Shown: positions 41,880 to 52,003, counted from the whole stretch's first letter. The stretch is 61,870 nucleotides of DNA, filler included, from Limisphaerales bacterium (GCA_044225505.1; 6 parts of 6 records of this genome joined end to end with filler, not necessarily neighbours in it); one strand, 5' to 3'. The notes: generated by a model not told the origin, from the letters alone. Translations and numbers: made by a program.

Positions 41880-42533
41880 TTAGAACTTCGGTCTTGGTAT
41901 CTCCTGAGGAAAAGCAGGGTTCCTTCCGGATTCGATTTCATCCCGTTCGGGCCGGCTCGAGCCTGCCTCAATCCCATCCCAGTGCCCCTTACCCACGATC
42001 ACCCACCCTTCCACTCGTCGCTGCAAGCGGTAGAGTGGACCAGCCCAGTTCATCCCATTCGGGCCGTATCTTAAGAGCGTGATTGTGTCTGAACTTTCTA
42101 CGCGAATGCCCTGAATCTGCGTCTCGGCCACGCCAAGCAATCGTTGGATGGCTGTCCGATCTTCCGCGCTGAGCTGCGGAGGCCAAAGTCGCTCGAGGAC
42201 CTCCCGCGACCGAGCACCTGAACAAGTGATAACAATGGGCTTTGGCTGGTCGACATCGATGTGATCGACCGGCTCAAACCCTTCCATGCAAACGGATATC
42301 CACTTCGTCGCCGAGGCTGCTCGCGGAATCCAGGCCCGCCCCCAACGGTCGGAAGTGCTTATTTTATCTTCACTTGATGACAGATTCCCAACCACCCTCG
42401 CTCCGACTAGAGGCTTTCCCGCACCGTCTCGAATCAAAAGATCCGGAGGAACATCAACGGCAACGCAACCCACGAAAAGAAGCGTCGCCGAGACACTAAT
42501 TGCAGCGCATCCGATGTGGGGTATCGTTTTCAC
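41880..42533 (-). CDS. Hypothetical lipoprotein-like protein (putative cassette gene)
   Basis: Lipobox-like LLFVGC; 'IRDGAGKPLVGARV...SDRWGRA' (carboxypeptidase-regulatory-like beta domain). Confidence 0.55.
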   Translation of the reverse strand: MKTIPHIGCAAISVSATLLFVGCVAVDVPPDLLIRDGAGKPLVGARVVGNLSSSEDKISTSDRWGRAWIPRAASATKWISVCMEGFEPVDHIDVDQPKPIVITCSGARSREVLERLWPPQLSAEDRTAIQRLLGVAETQIQGIRVESSDTITLLRYGPNGMNWAGPLYRLQRRVEGWVIVGKGHWDGIEAGSSRPERDEIESGRNPAFPQEIPRPKF

Positions 42534-42710
42534 AGGTCGCGCTCAGCTCACCGATGGTAGCCCTCCACTCGCTCCAAATTTGCCCAACGACGCTGCCGGG
42601 CCGGCAGTCGGTGCAGCACCTGCGTCAGCGCCCCGACGCCGGTTCGATAACCTCCGCTTGTCAACGGACAGACGACTCCAGCCTTAGACGCAGCCGGTTC
42701 GTTCGGCCTC
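42534..42710 (-). repeat. Degenerate attC-like site(s)
   Basis: Plus strand GCTCACCGA (42546-42554) ... TCGGTGCAGC (42608-42617): inverted boxes with one unpaired base. GTTCGGC at 42701-42707. Confidence 0.5.
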
Positions 42711-42737
42711 GTTGCGGGTGTGAAGCTCGTCATATCG

Positions 42738-43481
42738 TCATAGTGCGCCTGCGTCCGGCCAGTGTCGCCAATGTGTGTTGTATGCCTCGGCAGTCATATA
42801 TCGGGAAACATCACCGCTGACGAGCACCGCGGCCAACTGACGAAAAGTCTCGGTCTCGCTCGGCAGTTCCCCAGAACAGACATCGGGATGATGCCAGTCC
42901 TCCAATACAAGGATTTCTGTAAGCTCCGGAGGAACACTAACTCGCCGCTCGGAATATGTCGCCAAAACCTGGTCTCGCTGGTGATGCGCGAGAAATCGGC
43001 ACAACTCGAAAATGGCCGGACGAGCTGCCTGAAGCTCAATCCCTGCGGACCGATACCCCTCAAGAGAGGGTAGACTGAAAGTCGTGCCCCTGAGCGTCAC
43101 TATGCCAGGACCTGAAACCGTCTCTGGCTCGTCTTCGTCAATCCACGCTCCCGCCTCAATCGGGTGAAAAAACCGTGAGTCGTTGTTAGGGTTGTTTGCA
43201 AGGTAAGCTTGATGGGCGTCGGAAGTGACATAGTCCTCCACTCTGTCTCGGTTATGTAAGCGGCTGCCGAAGGTGTGAACGTGAACATCAGGCAAACCCG
43301 AGCGAGGCGAGAAACCAAACAACTCGATGACCATAGCCCAGTCAATCTCAGAGCGGTGCAATGACAGTCTGCTGGCGGCCGAATAGACGTATCCGTTGTC
43401 GAGCATGGGAAAGGTGAAGCTGCCGCAACAGGCATCTAAGACCTTCACGATGAATTCTGGATCGTGTTGAGTGAATCTCAT
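42738..43481 (-). CDS. Conserved hypothetical protein (DUF7003-like; putative cassette gene)
   Basis: FTFPMLDNGYVY...RLSLHRS...WAMVIELFGF...WHHPD...PSETETFRQLA...NTHWRHW. The ATG overlaps the upstream stop. Confidence 0.7.
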   Translation of the reverse strand: MRFTQHDPEFIVKVLDACCGSFTFPMLDNGYVYSAASRLSLHRSEIDWAMVIELFGFSPRSGLPDVHVHTFGSRLHNRDRVEDYVTSDAHQAYLANNPNNDSRFFHPIEAGAWIDEDEPETVSGPGIVTLRGTTFSLPSLEGYRSAGIELQAARPAIFELCRFLAHHQRDQVLATYSERRVSVPPELTEILVLEDWHHPDVCSGELPSETETFRQLAAVLVSGDVSRYMTAEAYNTHWRHWPDAGAL

Positions 43482-43840
43482 TCGGTTCGCACTCCCGCGG
43501 CAGTTCGGTGTCGCCACGGCCAATGATCAACCGCTCTCCGCGCCACTAAAACTAAGGCGACGGTCAGACCAGCGTAGAACCAACCAAAGACGATAATGGC
43601 GAGCACGACGGGCGAATCTGGAACCCAGTGAGTAATGCCTCTCCCAAGCTCGGGGTCGATCAAAGATCCGACTAGCGGAGCCGAAATGTCGAACAAAAGC
43701 ACCCATACGATCGGCATCCCCCAGCATCTGCCGAACTCCGGACGTATGGCACTGCCATGAAAAACTCGGACAAAAGGGCGCGTCCCCGCCAAAAAGAGTG
43801 GAGCCAACGCGACGGCGATTTGGGCGACGGTCTTCACCAT
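43478..43840 (-). CDS. Small membrane protein (putative cassette gene)
   Basis: Three hydrophobic segments. The ATG directly follows an attC-like GTT core. Confidence 0.55.
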   Translation of the reverse strand: MVKTVAQIAVALAPLFLAGTRPFVRVFHGSAIRPEFGRCWGMPIVWVLLFDISAPLVGSLIDPELGRGITHWVPDSPVVLAIIVFGWFYAGLTVALVLVARRAVDHWPWRHRTAAGVRTE

Positions 43841-43934
43841 ACTAAACGATGCCGCTCACCGAACCAGCCGGGGTGAGCTGCCGATTTGGTACCATAGCGC
43901 GGCCCCTGAGGTCGGTGCAATATCCTTGGTCGGC
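43841..43934 (-). repeat. attC-like site
   Basis: Minus strand GCCGACC-aaggatat-TGCACCGA...TCGGTGAGC-ggcatc-GTTTAGT-ATG. Confidence 0.55.
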
Positions 43935-44006
43935 TTCATCAAAAGCGACCATTCAGCACTGCCTCCACGGCCCTCGGTAAGTGCCTCCATTGCGCGAACG
44001 GACGGG

Positions 44007-44180
44007 TTAGAAGTCCGTAGACTGTCCCTTGTAACTCGTCGGTCTGAAACCGGTACCTCGTCGGAGGTCAAGCGTCGGCTCGAGAACTGTTGAGGCACCC
44101 AACTGTTCAATCGCCTGCTGCCAAGCGTCGCGGCTCGGAACTCGCGAGTCCTGCATGAAGATTTGAAGTTCGAGGCTCAT
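44007..44180 (-). pseudogene. Truncated hypothetical cassette gene
   Basis: MSLELQIFMQDSRVPSRDAWQQAIEQLG...KGQSTDF*, preceded by a GTTAAGT core at 44205-44211. Confidence 0.45.
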
Positions 44181-44914
44181 TACAATTGCGATGCGCGGAG
44201 TGACACTTAACGACCAAAATAAACGACAGCCGCCGCACACCTGGCGGCTTCATCGGAGCCAACGATGCCAGAATCTTGGAAATTCACAAACCGGAATCGA
44301 TTAGCGGATGTTCGTTTCAGTGATTCGAGCTCGGGGTCGGGATCGAAATGACAGGCCTGGTTTTGGTCACGAGCGGCTGGAGGTGTTATCGCCACCGCCG
44401 TTGAATCGGAGGAGGATTGGGGTATCCAAGGAACGATACCGATTCCGATTCCGACCCCGACTCCGTGCGCAGACAACGTTCGTCGCGCTCATGATCACCG
44501 CGCAACTTGGGTTGCGCTTACAGCGCACATCCTCATTGGGGCCGAAGGGTTTCAGCTCGCATTTGCCCAGAACCGCGACCTGGGAAGGTCGCGCCACGTC
44601 CAGATTCCTGCCAGCGGCGAGACGCCGCTGCCACTCTGCGGCAGCGCGGCTTTGTTCCGGAGGTGATCATTTGTTCAAGCGAGATCGTCTCTCTAGGTTC
44701 TGTCCGAATGTTTCACTGGGTTCATTCGAAGGGCTGACTTCCAGCGACGGCAAAAATTACTATGACGTGTTCGTTAGGGCTTGAATCCAAGCCAGTTGCA
44801 GTCCGATCAGCAAATGCTGATTGCGGCCTCGTTGTCCATTCACGATTTACGGAGCGCAGAGTGCGCTTCCATCGCTCGATGGCTACCTCAGAGTATGGAA
44901 GGCCTCTTCCTGCT

Positions 44915-44954
44915 AAAGCACCAGGGGCTGGCGCACTCCAAAACGCTGTCGCGC
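44915..44954. repeat. REP-like element ('GCACTCCAAA' family; also 58180-58280)
   Basis: AAAGCACCAGGGGCTGGCGCACTCCAAAACGCTGTCGCG versus AAAGCGGTGGAGGGCCACCGCACTCCAAAATCTGGCG. Confidence 0.6.
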
Positions 44955-45177
44955 ATTCGGTTCACACGGGTTTCGGGACGCGTGCCGTTGGCTCTGTGGA
45001 CACCCCGGCGCGAACGACAGCCAGGAAGCGCAGATTCCGCTCGATCGCTATTGTCGCCGGCCCACAGTTCTGTAAGTTGGCTTCTGTGGCTTACGTTCCA
45101 GTTCCCAAGCCCAGTGTTCCGCTGCCGATCGGACGGTCCCGTCCGGCGTCGTTTTGCTATTTCCATCTGTCTTGCTT

Positions 45178-47250
45178 ATGAGCCTCGAATCCAAACCGCG
45201 TCGTCTCCCTCACGTCTTCCTGGCGATTCTTGGGGGTATCGTTTGTTTTCAAGCGAACGCCACTCCCGCAAGCGACCCGATCTGCTCGACCTCCGCCAGC
45301 AGCTTTCAACGCGTGCAGAAACTCCGACTGCAGCTCGCGGAGAGCGCCGTGACCCCGCAAACCCCCTTTCGCTTGCAGGGAATCGCGCCGCGGCCGAGCT
45401 TGGCGATCGATCTTCCATCGAGAGCCGAGGCGCCACGTTTGACTGTTCAAGGTGCTGCCGGCCAAAAGTATTCCCTGGAGTCTACAGCGGATTTGGGAGC
45501 TCCGAACTGGACACCATGGCTAACCGTCCTGGCTGGCGCTGAACCCTTAACCTGGACCGAAGGGTCGTTGCGCAACCTTTCCCAGCAGTACTTTCGGCTG
45601 CGCTCTGAAACTTCAGATTCACTGAACGATGCCGTCTCGAACTTTCGACTCTTGGATCAAAACGGCACGGCCCAGGACCTGTACTATCATACCGAGGTCG
45701 ACGCTATCGCAGTGCTCGCCGCGGGCCCAACGCTCGACAGCGTTGTTCCGGTCCTGCCAGTGCTGAATGAATTGGCCCAAACCTACACCAACAAGCTCTT
45801 GATCTGGCTGCTGCTTTCGGATCCTAACCCCGTTCGGAGCAATATCGCAGCTCAAGCCAAAAGCTTGAAGATCCAATTCCCGATCCTTGCGGACCCGAAT
45901 CAACTAGCCGCACGGGCGGTGGGGCTAACCCAGGTCGGTGAGGTGGTAGTTATTCAGCCTCCTGCATTTCTGGCCACGTATCGTGGCGAGCTTGCGGCGC
46001 CCTCGCAGAGGTCGGCGCCAGAGACTTATCTTGGTCAAGCTTTGGCCGCTGTCACTCTTCCCCAGGCCGTGACGCTGCGCCACATCCCAGCGAGCGGCGC
46101 GGCTCTCCGCGACCTCGACGAGCCGGTGCCTGATTACGCCCACGATGTCGCGCCTATCTTCAACCAACGGTGCGCAATCTGCCATTATCCAGGGGGAGTC
46201 GCACCGTTCGCCATGACCAACCATAGTGTCATTGCCGAATGGGCGCCCACGATCAAGCACGCTCTCTTATCCAACAAAATGCCGCCATGGCATGCCGATC
46301 CCGCCTACGGGCATTTCGCGAATGACATCTCTTTGCCGGGCAACTTGCGGTCAACACTGGTTCGATGGCTGGAGGCCGGAGCGCCTCGCGGGGCGGGAAA
46401 CGACCCGTTGCAGGAATTGCCACCCCCTCAACGTTTTGACGGTTGGCCACCGGAACTTGGAGAACCGGACGCTCTGGTCACAGTCCCATTGCAGTCCATC
46501 AAAGCGACTGGCTCGGAGCCTTATCGCTACATCTTCGTTCAAGCGCCCAATCCGACCGACGTCTGGCTGCGCGCCGCCATCATTCGCCCGTCAAATTATA
46601 GAGCGGTGCATCATTACCTCGTTTGGCTCGACCAAATTGGCAATAGCGGCACCCCGGACAATTCCACCTACCAGTCTCATATTGCCGAATTCGTGCCGGG
46701 CTATCAGCCGATGCGGATGCCCGCCAACGCCGGGATCTTCCTGAGTGCGTCTAACTGGCTCACGTTCAACCTTCACTACAATCCCTACGGCGTCGCCACC
46801 AACGACCAACCCACACTGGCTCTTTGGTATCACAAAACGCCACCGGCTAAGACATGGGCTGTTGGTCCCCTAGGCAACAGGGACTTTACTATCCCTCCTG
46901 GAGTCTCGGAATACCCGGTGGAGGTTTCATTGAAGATTCCCCTCTCCATCACTGTCCATCGCTTCAACCCGCATATGCATTTGCGCGGCAAGCACATGAA
47001 ATATGAGGCGCTCTACCCGAATGGCACCCGGGAGATACTCTGCTCGGTGCCTGACTTCGACTTTAACTGGCAGGTAGGATATCAGTTGGCCACGCCGAAA
47101 ACGTTACCGGCCGGAACGCGAATTCTGGTCACGGGCGCTTTCGACAATTCCCTTCAGAACGTGTTTAACCCTGACCCTACCCAAACAGTCCAATGGGGCG
47201 ATCAATCCTGGATGGAAATGTTCGTCGGGTACGTCGACTTCACCTTTTAA
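45178..47250 (+). CDS. Secreted fusion: 'YFRL' module, redoxin-like domain, cytochrome c, copper type II ascorbate-dependent monooxygenase-like domains
   Basis: NFRLLDQNG...FPILAD...YRG; CAICH, MPPWHAD; AVHHY, LHYNP, PHMHLRGK, FDFNWQ, EMF. Confidence 0.85.
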   Translation: MSLESKPRRLPHVFLAILGGIVCFQANATPASDPICSTSASSFQRVQKLRLQLAESAVTPQTPFRLQGIAPRPSLAIDLPSRAEAPRLTVQGAAGQKYSLESTADLGAPNWTPWLTVLAGAEPLTWTEGSLRNLSQQYFRLRSETSDSLNDAVSNFRLLDQNGTAQDLYYHTEVDAIAVLAAGPTLDSVVPVLPVLNELAQTYTNKLLIWLLLSDPNPVRSNIAAQAKSLKIQFPILADPNQLAARAVGLTQVGEVVVIQPPAFLATYRGELAAPSQRSAPETYLGQALAAVTLPQAVTLRHIPASGAALRDLDEPVPDYAHDVAPIFNQRCAICHYPGGVAPFAMTNHSVIAEWAPTIKHALLSNKMPPWHADPAYGHFANDISLPGNLRSTLVRWLEAGAPRGAGNDPLQELPPPQRFDGWPPELGEPDALVTVPLQSIKATGSEPYRYIFVQAPNPTDVWLRAAIIRPSNYRAVHHYLVWLDQIGNSGTPDNSTYQSHIAEFVPGYQPMRMPANAGIFLSASNWLTFNLHYNPYGVATNDQPTLALWYHKTPPAKTWAVGPLGNRDFTIPPGVSEYPVEVSLKIPLSITVHRFNPHMHLRGKHMKYEALYPNGTREILCSVPDFDFNWQVGYQLATPKTLPAGTRILVTGAFDNSLQNVFNPDPTQTVQWGDQSWMEMFVGYVDFTF

Positions 47251-47491
47251 AGCTCACGGGATTAAGCGGTTAGGCTTAATTCTAAGTCCGTCCACAAATT
47301 GCGGACAAAGTGTGAGACATTTAGGGATCGCCCTGTAGCTGAGGCATTTAGAGGTATCCGTGGCGTCCCATATCAACATCCCTTCCAAGCGCTTGCCACT
47401 TGAGACGCGTGGTCCCAGCCAAGCGCGGCTAGCCCACCTTCTACGACTGGTCCGATCCTGTCCCGACACGCTCCGAACGCCCTTCATCCAG

Positions 47492-47540
47492 TGGTGACCC
47501 ACAGGTAACCCAATTCGAGTGGGTTACCTGTGGGTCACCA
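47492..47540. repeat. Perfect 21-bp inverted repeat with 7-nt loop
   Basis: TGGTGACCCACAGGTAACCCA-ATTCGAG-TGGGTTACCTGTGGGTCACCA, between convergent genes. Confidence 0.9.
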
Positions 47541-47797
47541 GCGAACGAACACCGCGTGCAGAACGGAGTTTCCGCGATCAGAAAGCCTACGGAACAAGCT
47601 GCGCAGGTGGCGAGTGCGTCGGTTTTCTGGTAGTAGGCTGAATTTATCGAACGTTGAGAAATCGCGGGAGCCGGACAAAGGCTGCGACCGGTGCTTCGCA
47701 CACAGTCGAAGTCCGTCAAATCAACGAATTGTGGTGCGGCTGGATCCGTAAGATCAGCCGCAGAACTATTGATCGAGCCCGACGCTACCGAAAAAAC

Positions 47798-50700
47798 CTA
47801 CCGAACCAAGGGTTGAGTGCTGCGCAGGTAAGCGAAAAGGTCGCGGAGTTGCTGTTCCGAGAGTGCATCGACGAGCCCCTCTGGCATAAGTGAAACTCCA
47901 GCAGCTTTCATTTCCGCAATCTGGTCCTGTGGCACGACATTGTTCTCGCCATCCAATCCTCGGAGGACAATGACTCGATTATCCTTATCGGCCAGGAACC
48001 CAGACAAGGTACGGCCATCCTTGGTCGTGACGAGGTAATTCTCGTAACCCTCCCGGACCTCGGCGCTGGGATTGACAACGTTGAGGAGCATGGTGTCGAT
48101 ATCATCGCGTTTGTAACTTGTCAGATCGGGACCGATCTTTCCGCCCTGACCGAACAGGGTATGACACACAGCGCACGCTATCGTAAATACTTTCTGCCCT
48201 TCATACGGGCTGGCCGAACCGTCTCGAACTAATCGGGAGAGATGCACAATCTTGGCCTGCATCTCGGCGGTGGTGGGCGAGAGTTCGCCGAGTGTGTGCT
48301 TACTCAGCCATTCCGCGAGGTCCGGATCGGAAAAAGACTTAACTCGGCGCACCGCATCTTGAGGGACGGAGCGTTTGGGGATTGCGCCATTGTCCACCGC
48401 CTGCAGGAGAGCCTTGGCCCACATCGACCGACTGGAAAGGAGACCGAAGCCTGCGGTTTGGAGATCGGCAGGCCAACTCGCTAAGGAAACGGCCACTTTT
48501 TGGCCAATCACGGGGTCGTCGTAGAGTTGCAGCGCGCTCAAGGCGGCCTTCGCCAACGTCAGTTCTGCAGCCGGATCGATCAAGTGCAAGAGCGTCTGGA
48601 CGCAGGACGTTTCTTTGGTTTCCCCAAACAGCCGGACTAGCTCGACGCGTTCTTGGATAGGGGCATCCGAATCTGCGATCCGTGCCAGCGCCTTGGCAAT
48701 CGCGCTCGCTTGACCGCGCCGGACGGCCAGGGGCAAGGATTCACCGCCGGCTTTTGCGATCGCCTCCACCAGCTCCTCAGGCAGACCAGACGTGGGTCGT
48801 CCCTTGAACGCGAGCTCAAAACCCGCCATCAGCCGCGCAGCCAACTCACGGGAAGGCGCGAGCCGGAGCAATTGAGCGCAGGCGAGCAAATCGTGGCGAG
48901 TCCCGGCGGCGGCGTAGCGGCGCATCAATCGCTCGAGGATCTGCTGTTGGACGATCGGCTTGGCCCAGAGGCCGGTCTCATTCATCATTTCCACCACAGC
49001 GTCCCGATCCGAATCGGCTTTGGCTTCCATCGCCCACCAGATCAAGAGTGGGAGCCGGGCATCGCCCGCATCCTCATCGTGATCGAGAAGGCCGCGAATG
49101 ATCGGCAACGCGCTTGCGGCAGGCAGACGCTTGGCGGTGCTGGCCAACTGGCTGCGCACTTCCGCATTAGCTTCTCGATGGGCCAACGTCGCCAGCTGAC
49201 TGCCGGTGACAGCGCTGAACTGCGGAACTGGCCGATCGCCCAGCAAACGGACGGTCCAGGCCCGGACGAACGGATCGGGATGATCGAGAAACTCCGCGCA
49301 CGTTTCCGGGTCGAGGGGCTGCACCAGGTTCAAGGCCCAGAGGGCTTCGAGCGCCAGGGGTCCTGATTGCCGTCGCGCCTGCTCCCGCAACGTCGCCGCC
49401 AAGTTCGCAGGCTTGCGATCCGCCAGCACGCGCAGGGCCGTTTGCCGAAACCATTTGTTGGGATGTTCCAACATCCGCGACAACGCGGCGTTGTCCAAAG
49501 CCGACAGGTTAAATCGCGGCGCGGGTTTGGCCCCCCGGGCTTTGATCCGGTAGATGCGACCATTCTCTTTATCGATCTGCCCTTCGTGATTCCGATAATG
49601 GTTGACCTGGCCGTCGTACCAGTCAGCGACGTAGACGGCGCCGTCCGGACCGACCTTAATATCGACGGGACGAAACCATTTGTCTGTCGTCGTGACCGGG
49701 AAGCTTAGGTCGCGGGTTCGGAAGGTGGAGGATTCCTGTTGCAGTTCGGCCAAGACCACTCGGCCTTGCAGAGGCTCAACGCCGAACAACTTGCCCAGGT
49801 AGAAGTCCGGGAGACTACCTCCGTCGTAAACAATGAAGTTGTGAGTGAACCGCTCCGCCTGGTTGTGCGGCATCGGTGGGAAATAGCCGAACGCATACGG
49901 GTTCGAAAGCGGTCCATGCTTTTCGAAACCCTTCTGGAGGTATCCTCCCTGGACATAATGGAATCCGCGTGTATTGCCGCCATTGTGACCAGAGAAGATC
50001 CGCGCCTTGCTATCCATCTCCAACCCAAACGCATTGCCTCCACCTTCGGCGAACACCTCGTAACGGCGTTGCTCGGGATGATACCGCCAAATGCCCTGGC
50101 CTTGCGAGAAGATCGGCTTCGCGTTGAGCGGCTGCGCGTCCGCACCATAGATTTGGATATTGCCTGTCACGGTGCTTCCTTGACAGCCGTACAGCCAGCC
50201 ATCCGGTCCCCAGCGCAGGCTGTTCGCGACGGAATGCGTGTCTTCCAAACCGAAGCCGGATAAGCGCACTTCAGGATCGCCATCGGGAATGTCATCATCG
50301 TTGGCGTCTCGGTAGAAGAGCAGATAGGGCGGGTTCAAGACCCAAACACCTCCCCGGCCTCGTTCGACCGAGCTGACGATATTTAAGCCGTCGATAAAGG
50401 TCTTGTGCCGGTCGAACACGCCATCGCCGTCGGTGTCTTCGTGGATGGTAATTTTATCCGCCCCCGGAAAATGATGCGGCGGTGCCGGCGGAATTTTGTC
50501 ATAGACCGCGCGCCAGACATTGTCGCGACTCATCAGTTTCAAGCCGGCAGGGTCAGGATATTGGAGGTATTGAACGACCCACATGCGACCGCGCTCGTCA
50601 AAGTTCAAGAAGACCGGCTGGCGCACGACGGGTTCCTTGAGCACTTGCTCGATCTCGAGGTCGTCAGCCACTTGGAATCGCGCACACGACTCGACGGGAG

Positions 50701-50989
50701 TCAAAGGCTGCTCCTGCACTTGATGCTCGGCAGTGCGAGCGGAGATCGCCGTCGCATCGATGACCTGGTTGAATCGGGGCACATCCGCCCCCTCTTCCGG
50801 CGCGAGCTTCGCCCACGCCAAGTCATCCCCGGTCCGGAATTGCCAATTGCCTTCCAGTTTGATGGCATCGTCCGGCGTCAAAAGCGCAGGCGCGTCCCCT
50901 TTGAATCCACCTCGGCCTCCATCGTCGTAAACGCGGACACAGACCAAATTGTCACCACCATAGACCAGCTGGTCCGAGTTCACGCTATA
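47798..50989 (-). CDS. PVC-type heme-binding CxxCH protein (membrane-bound dehydrogenase-like propeller, HEAT repeats, cytochrome c); 5'-partial
   Basis: FDERGRMWVVQYLQYP, EDTDGDG, NSLRWGPDGWLYG, FRPVDIKVGPDGAVYVADWYD, CAVCH...IGPDLT, SLMPEGL...LRDLFAYL. Confidence 0.92.
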   Translation of the reverse strand, partial: YSVNSDQLVYGGDNLVCVRVYDDGGRGGFKGDAPALLTPDDAIKLEGNWQFRTGDDLAWAKLAPEEGADVPRFNQVIDATAISARTAEHQVQEQPLTPVESCARFQVADDLEIEQVLKEPVVRQPVFLNFDERGRMWVVQYLQYPDPAGLKLMSRDNVWRAVYDKIPPAPPHHFPGADKITIHEDTDGDGVFDRHKTFIDGLNIVSSVERGRGGVWVLNPPYLLFYRDANDDDIPDGDPEVRLSGFGLEDTHSVANSLRWGPDGWLYGCQGSTVTGNIQIYGADAQPLNAKPIFSQGQGIWRYHPEQRRYEVFAEGGGNAFGLEMDSKARIFSGHNGGNTRGFHYVQGGYLQKGFEKHGPLSNPYAFGYFPPMPHNQAERFTHNFIVYDGGSLPDFYLGKLFGVEPLQGRVVLAELQQESSTFRTRDLSFPVTTTDKWFRPVDIKVGPDGAVYVADWYDGQVNHYRNHEGQIDKENGRIYRIKARGAKPAPRFNLSALDNAALSRMLEHPNKWFRQTALRVLADRKPANLAATLREQARRQSGPLALEALWALNLVQPLDPETCAEFLDHPDPFVRAWTVRLLGDRPVPQFSAVTGSQLATLAHREANAEVRSQLASTAKRLPAASALPIIRGLLDHDEDAGDARLPLLIWWAMEAKADSDRDAVVEMMNETGLWAKPIVQQQILERLMRRYAAAGTRHDLLACAQLLRLAPSRELAARLMAGFELAFKGRPTSGLPEELVEAIAKAGGESLPLAVRRGQASAIAKALARIADSDAPIQERVELVRLFGETKETSCVQTLLHLIDPAAELTLAKAALSALQLYDDPVIGQKVAVSLASWPADLQTAGFGLLSSRSMWAKALLQAVDNGAIPKRSVPQDAVRRVKSFSDPDLAEWLSKHTLGELSPTTAEMQAKIVHLSRLVRDGSASPYEGQKVFTIACAVCHTLFGQGGKIGPDLTSYKRDDIDTMLLNVVNPSAEVREGYENYLVTTKDGRTLSGFLADKDNRVIVLRGLDGENNVVPQDQIAEMKAAGVSLMPEGLVDALSEQQLRDLFAYLRSTQPLVR

Positions 50990-51089
50990 NNNNNNNNNNN
51001 NNNNNNNNNNNNNNNNNNNNNNNNNNNNNNNNNTTAATTAATTAANNNNNNNNNNNNNNNNNNNNNNNNNNNNNNNNNNNNNNNNNNNN
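50990..51089. other. Artificial contig linker
   Basis: N44-TTAATTAATTAA-N44. Confidence 0.99.
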
Positions 51090-51869
51090 AGGGCTTGCCT
51101 AGTGACGAAGGCCCTATTCTGTCTGTTTTTTAGCAGTGCACCTGAGATCGCCATGCACCTCCTCGACGGGGAACTGAAACATTTTTGGAAATCGGGACAA
51201 AGCCGTGTCTTGCTAGGCTTTCTCAAATGGAACAGAGACCCCAAAGTAATCCGCTGGCTGCAGACAATCAGAGTCCAGTGCATGCTCGACGACGAACTAT
51301 CGTACGTTTGGCTCACCACTTTGACCTCCCATTTGCGAGACCCTGAAGCAGCAGAGTTCCTTCTTTCGCTTCCAGCCCTGCTGGGGACCGCAGCCAGCAG
51401 TCGGGATACCCCGTCGAACATAAGGAGAGCCCTTTCTGCTGCTGCTACGGAGTCGCCGCAGTTTCTCGAACGGGCCCTTGAACGCGCGGCCAGTGCTCCA
51501 GTTATCCGTGAAGCGCAGGCGTGGCTCTTGGTCCTGGGTGAAGTTCCAGATCCGCGCGTGATTTTGCTCGGCCTCGATTACTCCACGAGATTTGGTCCCG
51601 CGGTGGGGGTTATTGAGAGCCTGTTTCCATCCAAACTAGGTGGGGGTGAGTACCAGACCGCGGGGTGGTTCACGCATTCCTGCGATCGACTCTACCGTTT
51701 CGAGGAGGTGGTGGTGGCGCTGAGCAGGATTGCGGCTGGAGGCAAAACTGACCAGGGCGCGGCGGCCCGAAGAGCTCTTGCTTGGATCGAGAGAGAACGA
51801 CTGCTGGACGGTCCCCATTCCGCGGGCAGGCGCCGACCCCATGCATGTCTCGGTCACGAAGTTCGCTGA
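51090..51869 (+). CDS. Hypothetical protein, C-terminal part (island cargo), 5'-partial
   Basis: ORF is open from the contig start, 255+ aa, helical composition. Confidence 0.55.
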   Translation, partial: RACLVTKALFCLFFSSAPEIAMHLLDGELKHFWKSGQSRVLLGFLKWNRDPKVIRWLQTIRVQCMLDDELSYVWLTTLTSHLRDPEAAEFLLSLPALLGTAASSRDTPSNIRRALSAAATESPQFLERALERAASAPVIREAQAWLLVLGEVPDPRVILLGLDYSTRFGPAVGVIESLFPSKLGGGEYQTAGWFTHSCDRLYRFEEVVVALSRIAAGGKTDQGAAARRALAWIERERLLDGPHSAGRRRPHACLGHEVR

Positions 51870-52003
51870 CATGGATTCATGGAGCTCCGCAGGGAAATCT
51901 TGATTGTCAGCGACAATACAGGCGCACGCGCAATACCAAGAGGCGGTGGTAACATCATTGATGGACAACGGGTAATGACCGTCGGTGAGATTCAATGAGA
52001 CCA

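Noticed and set aside
51636..52003. 177-aa ORF as an intact integrase
   Set aside because: Integrase-like text ends after about 55-60 aa. The rest runs antisense into the neighbouring gene and lacks R-H-R-Y catalytic motifs.
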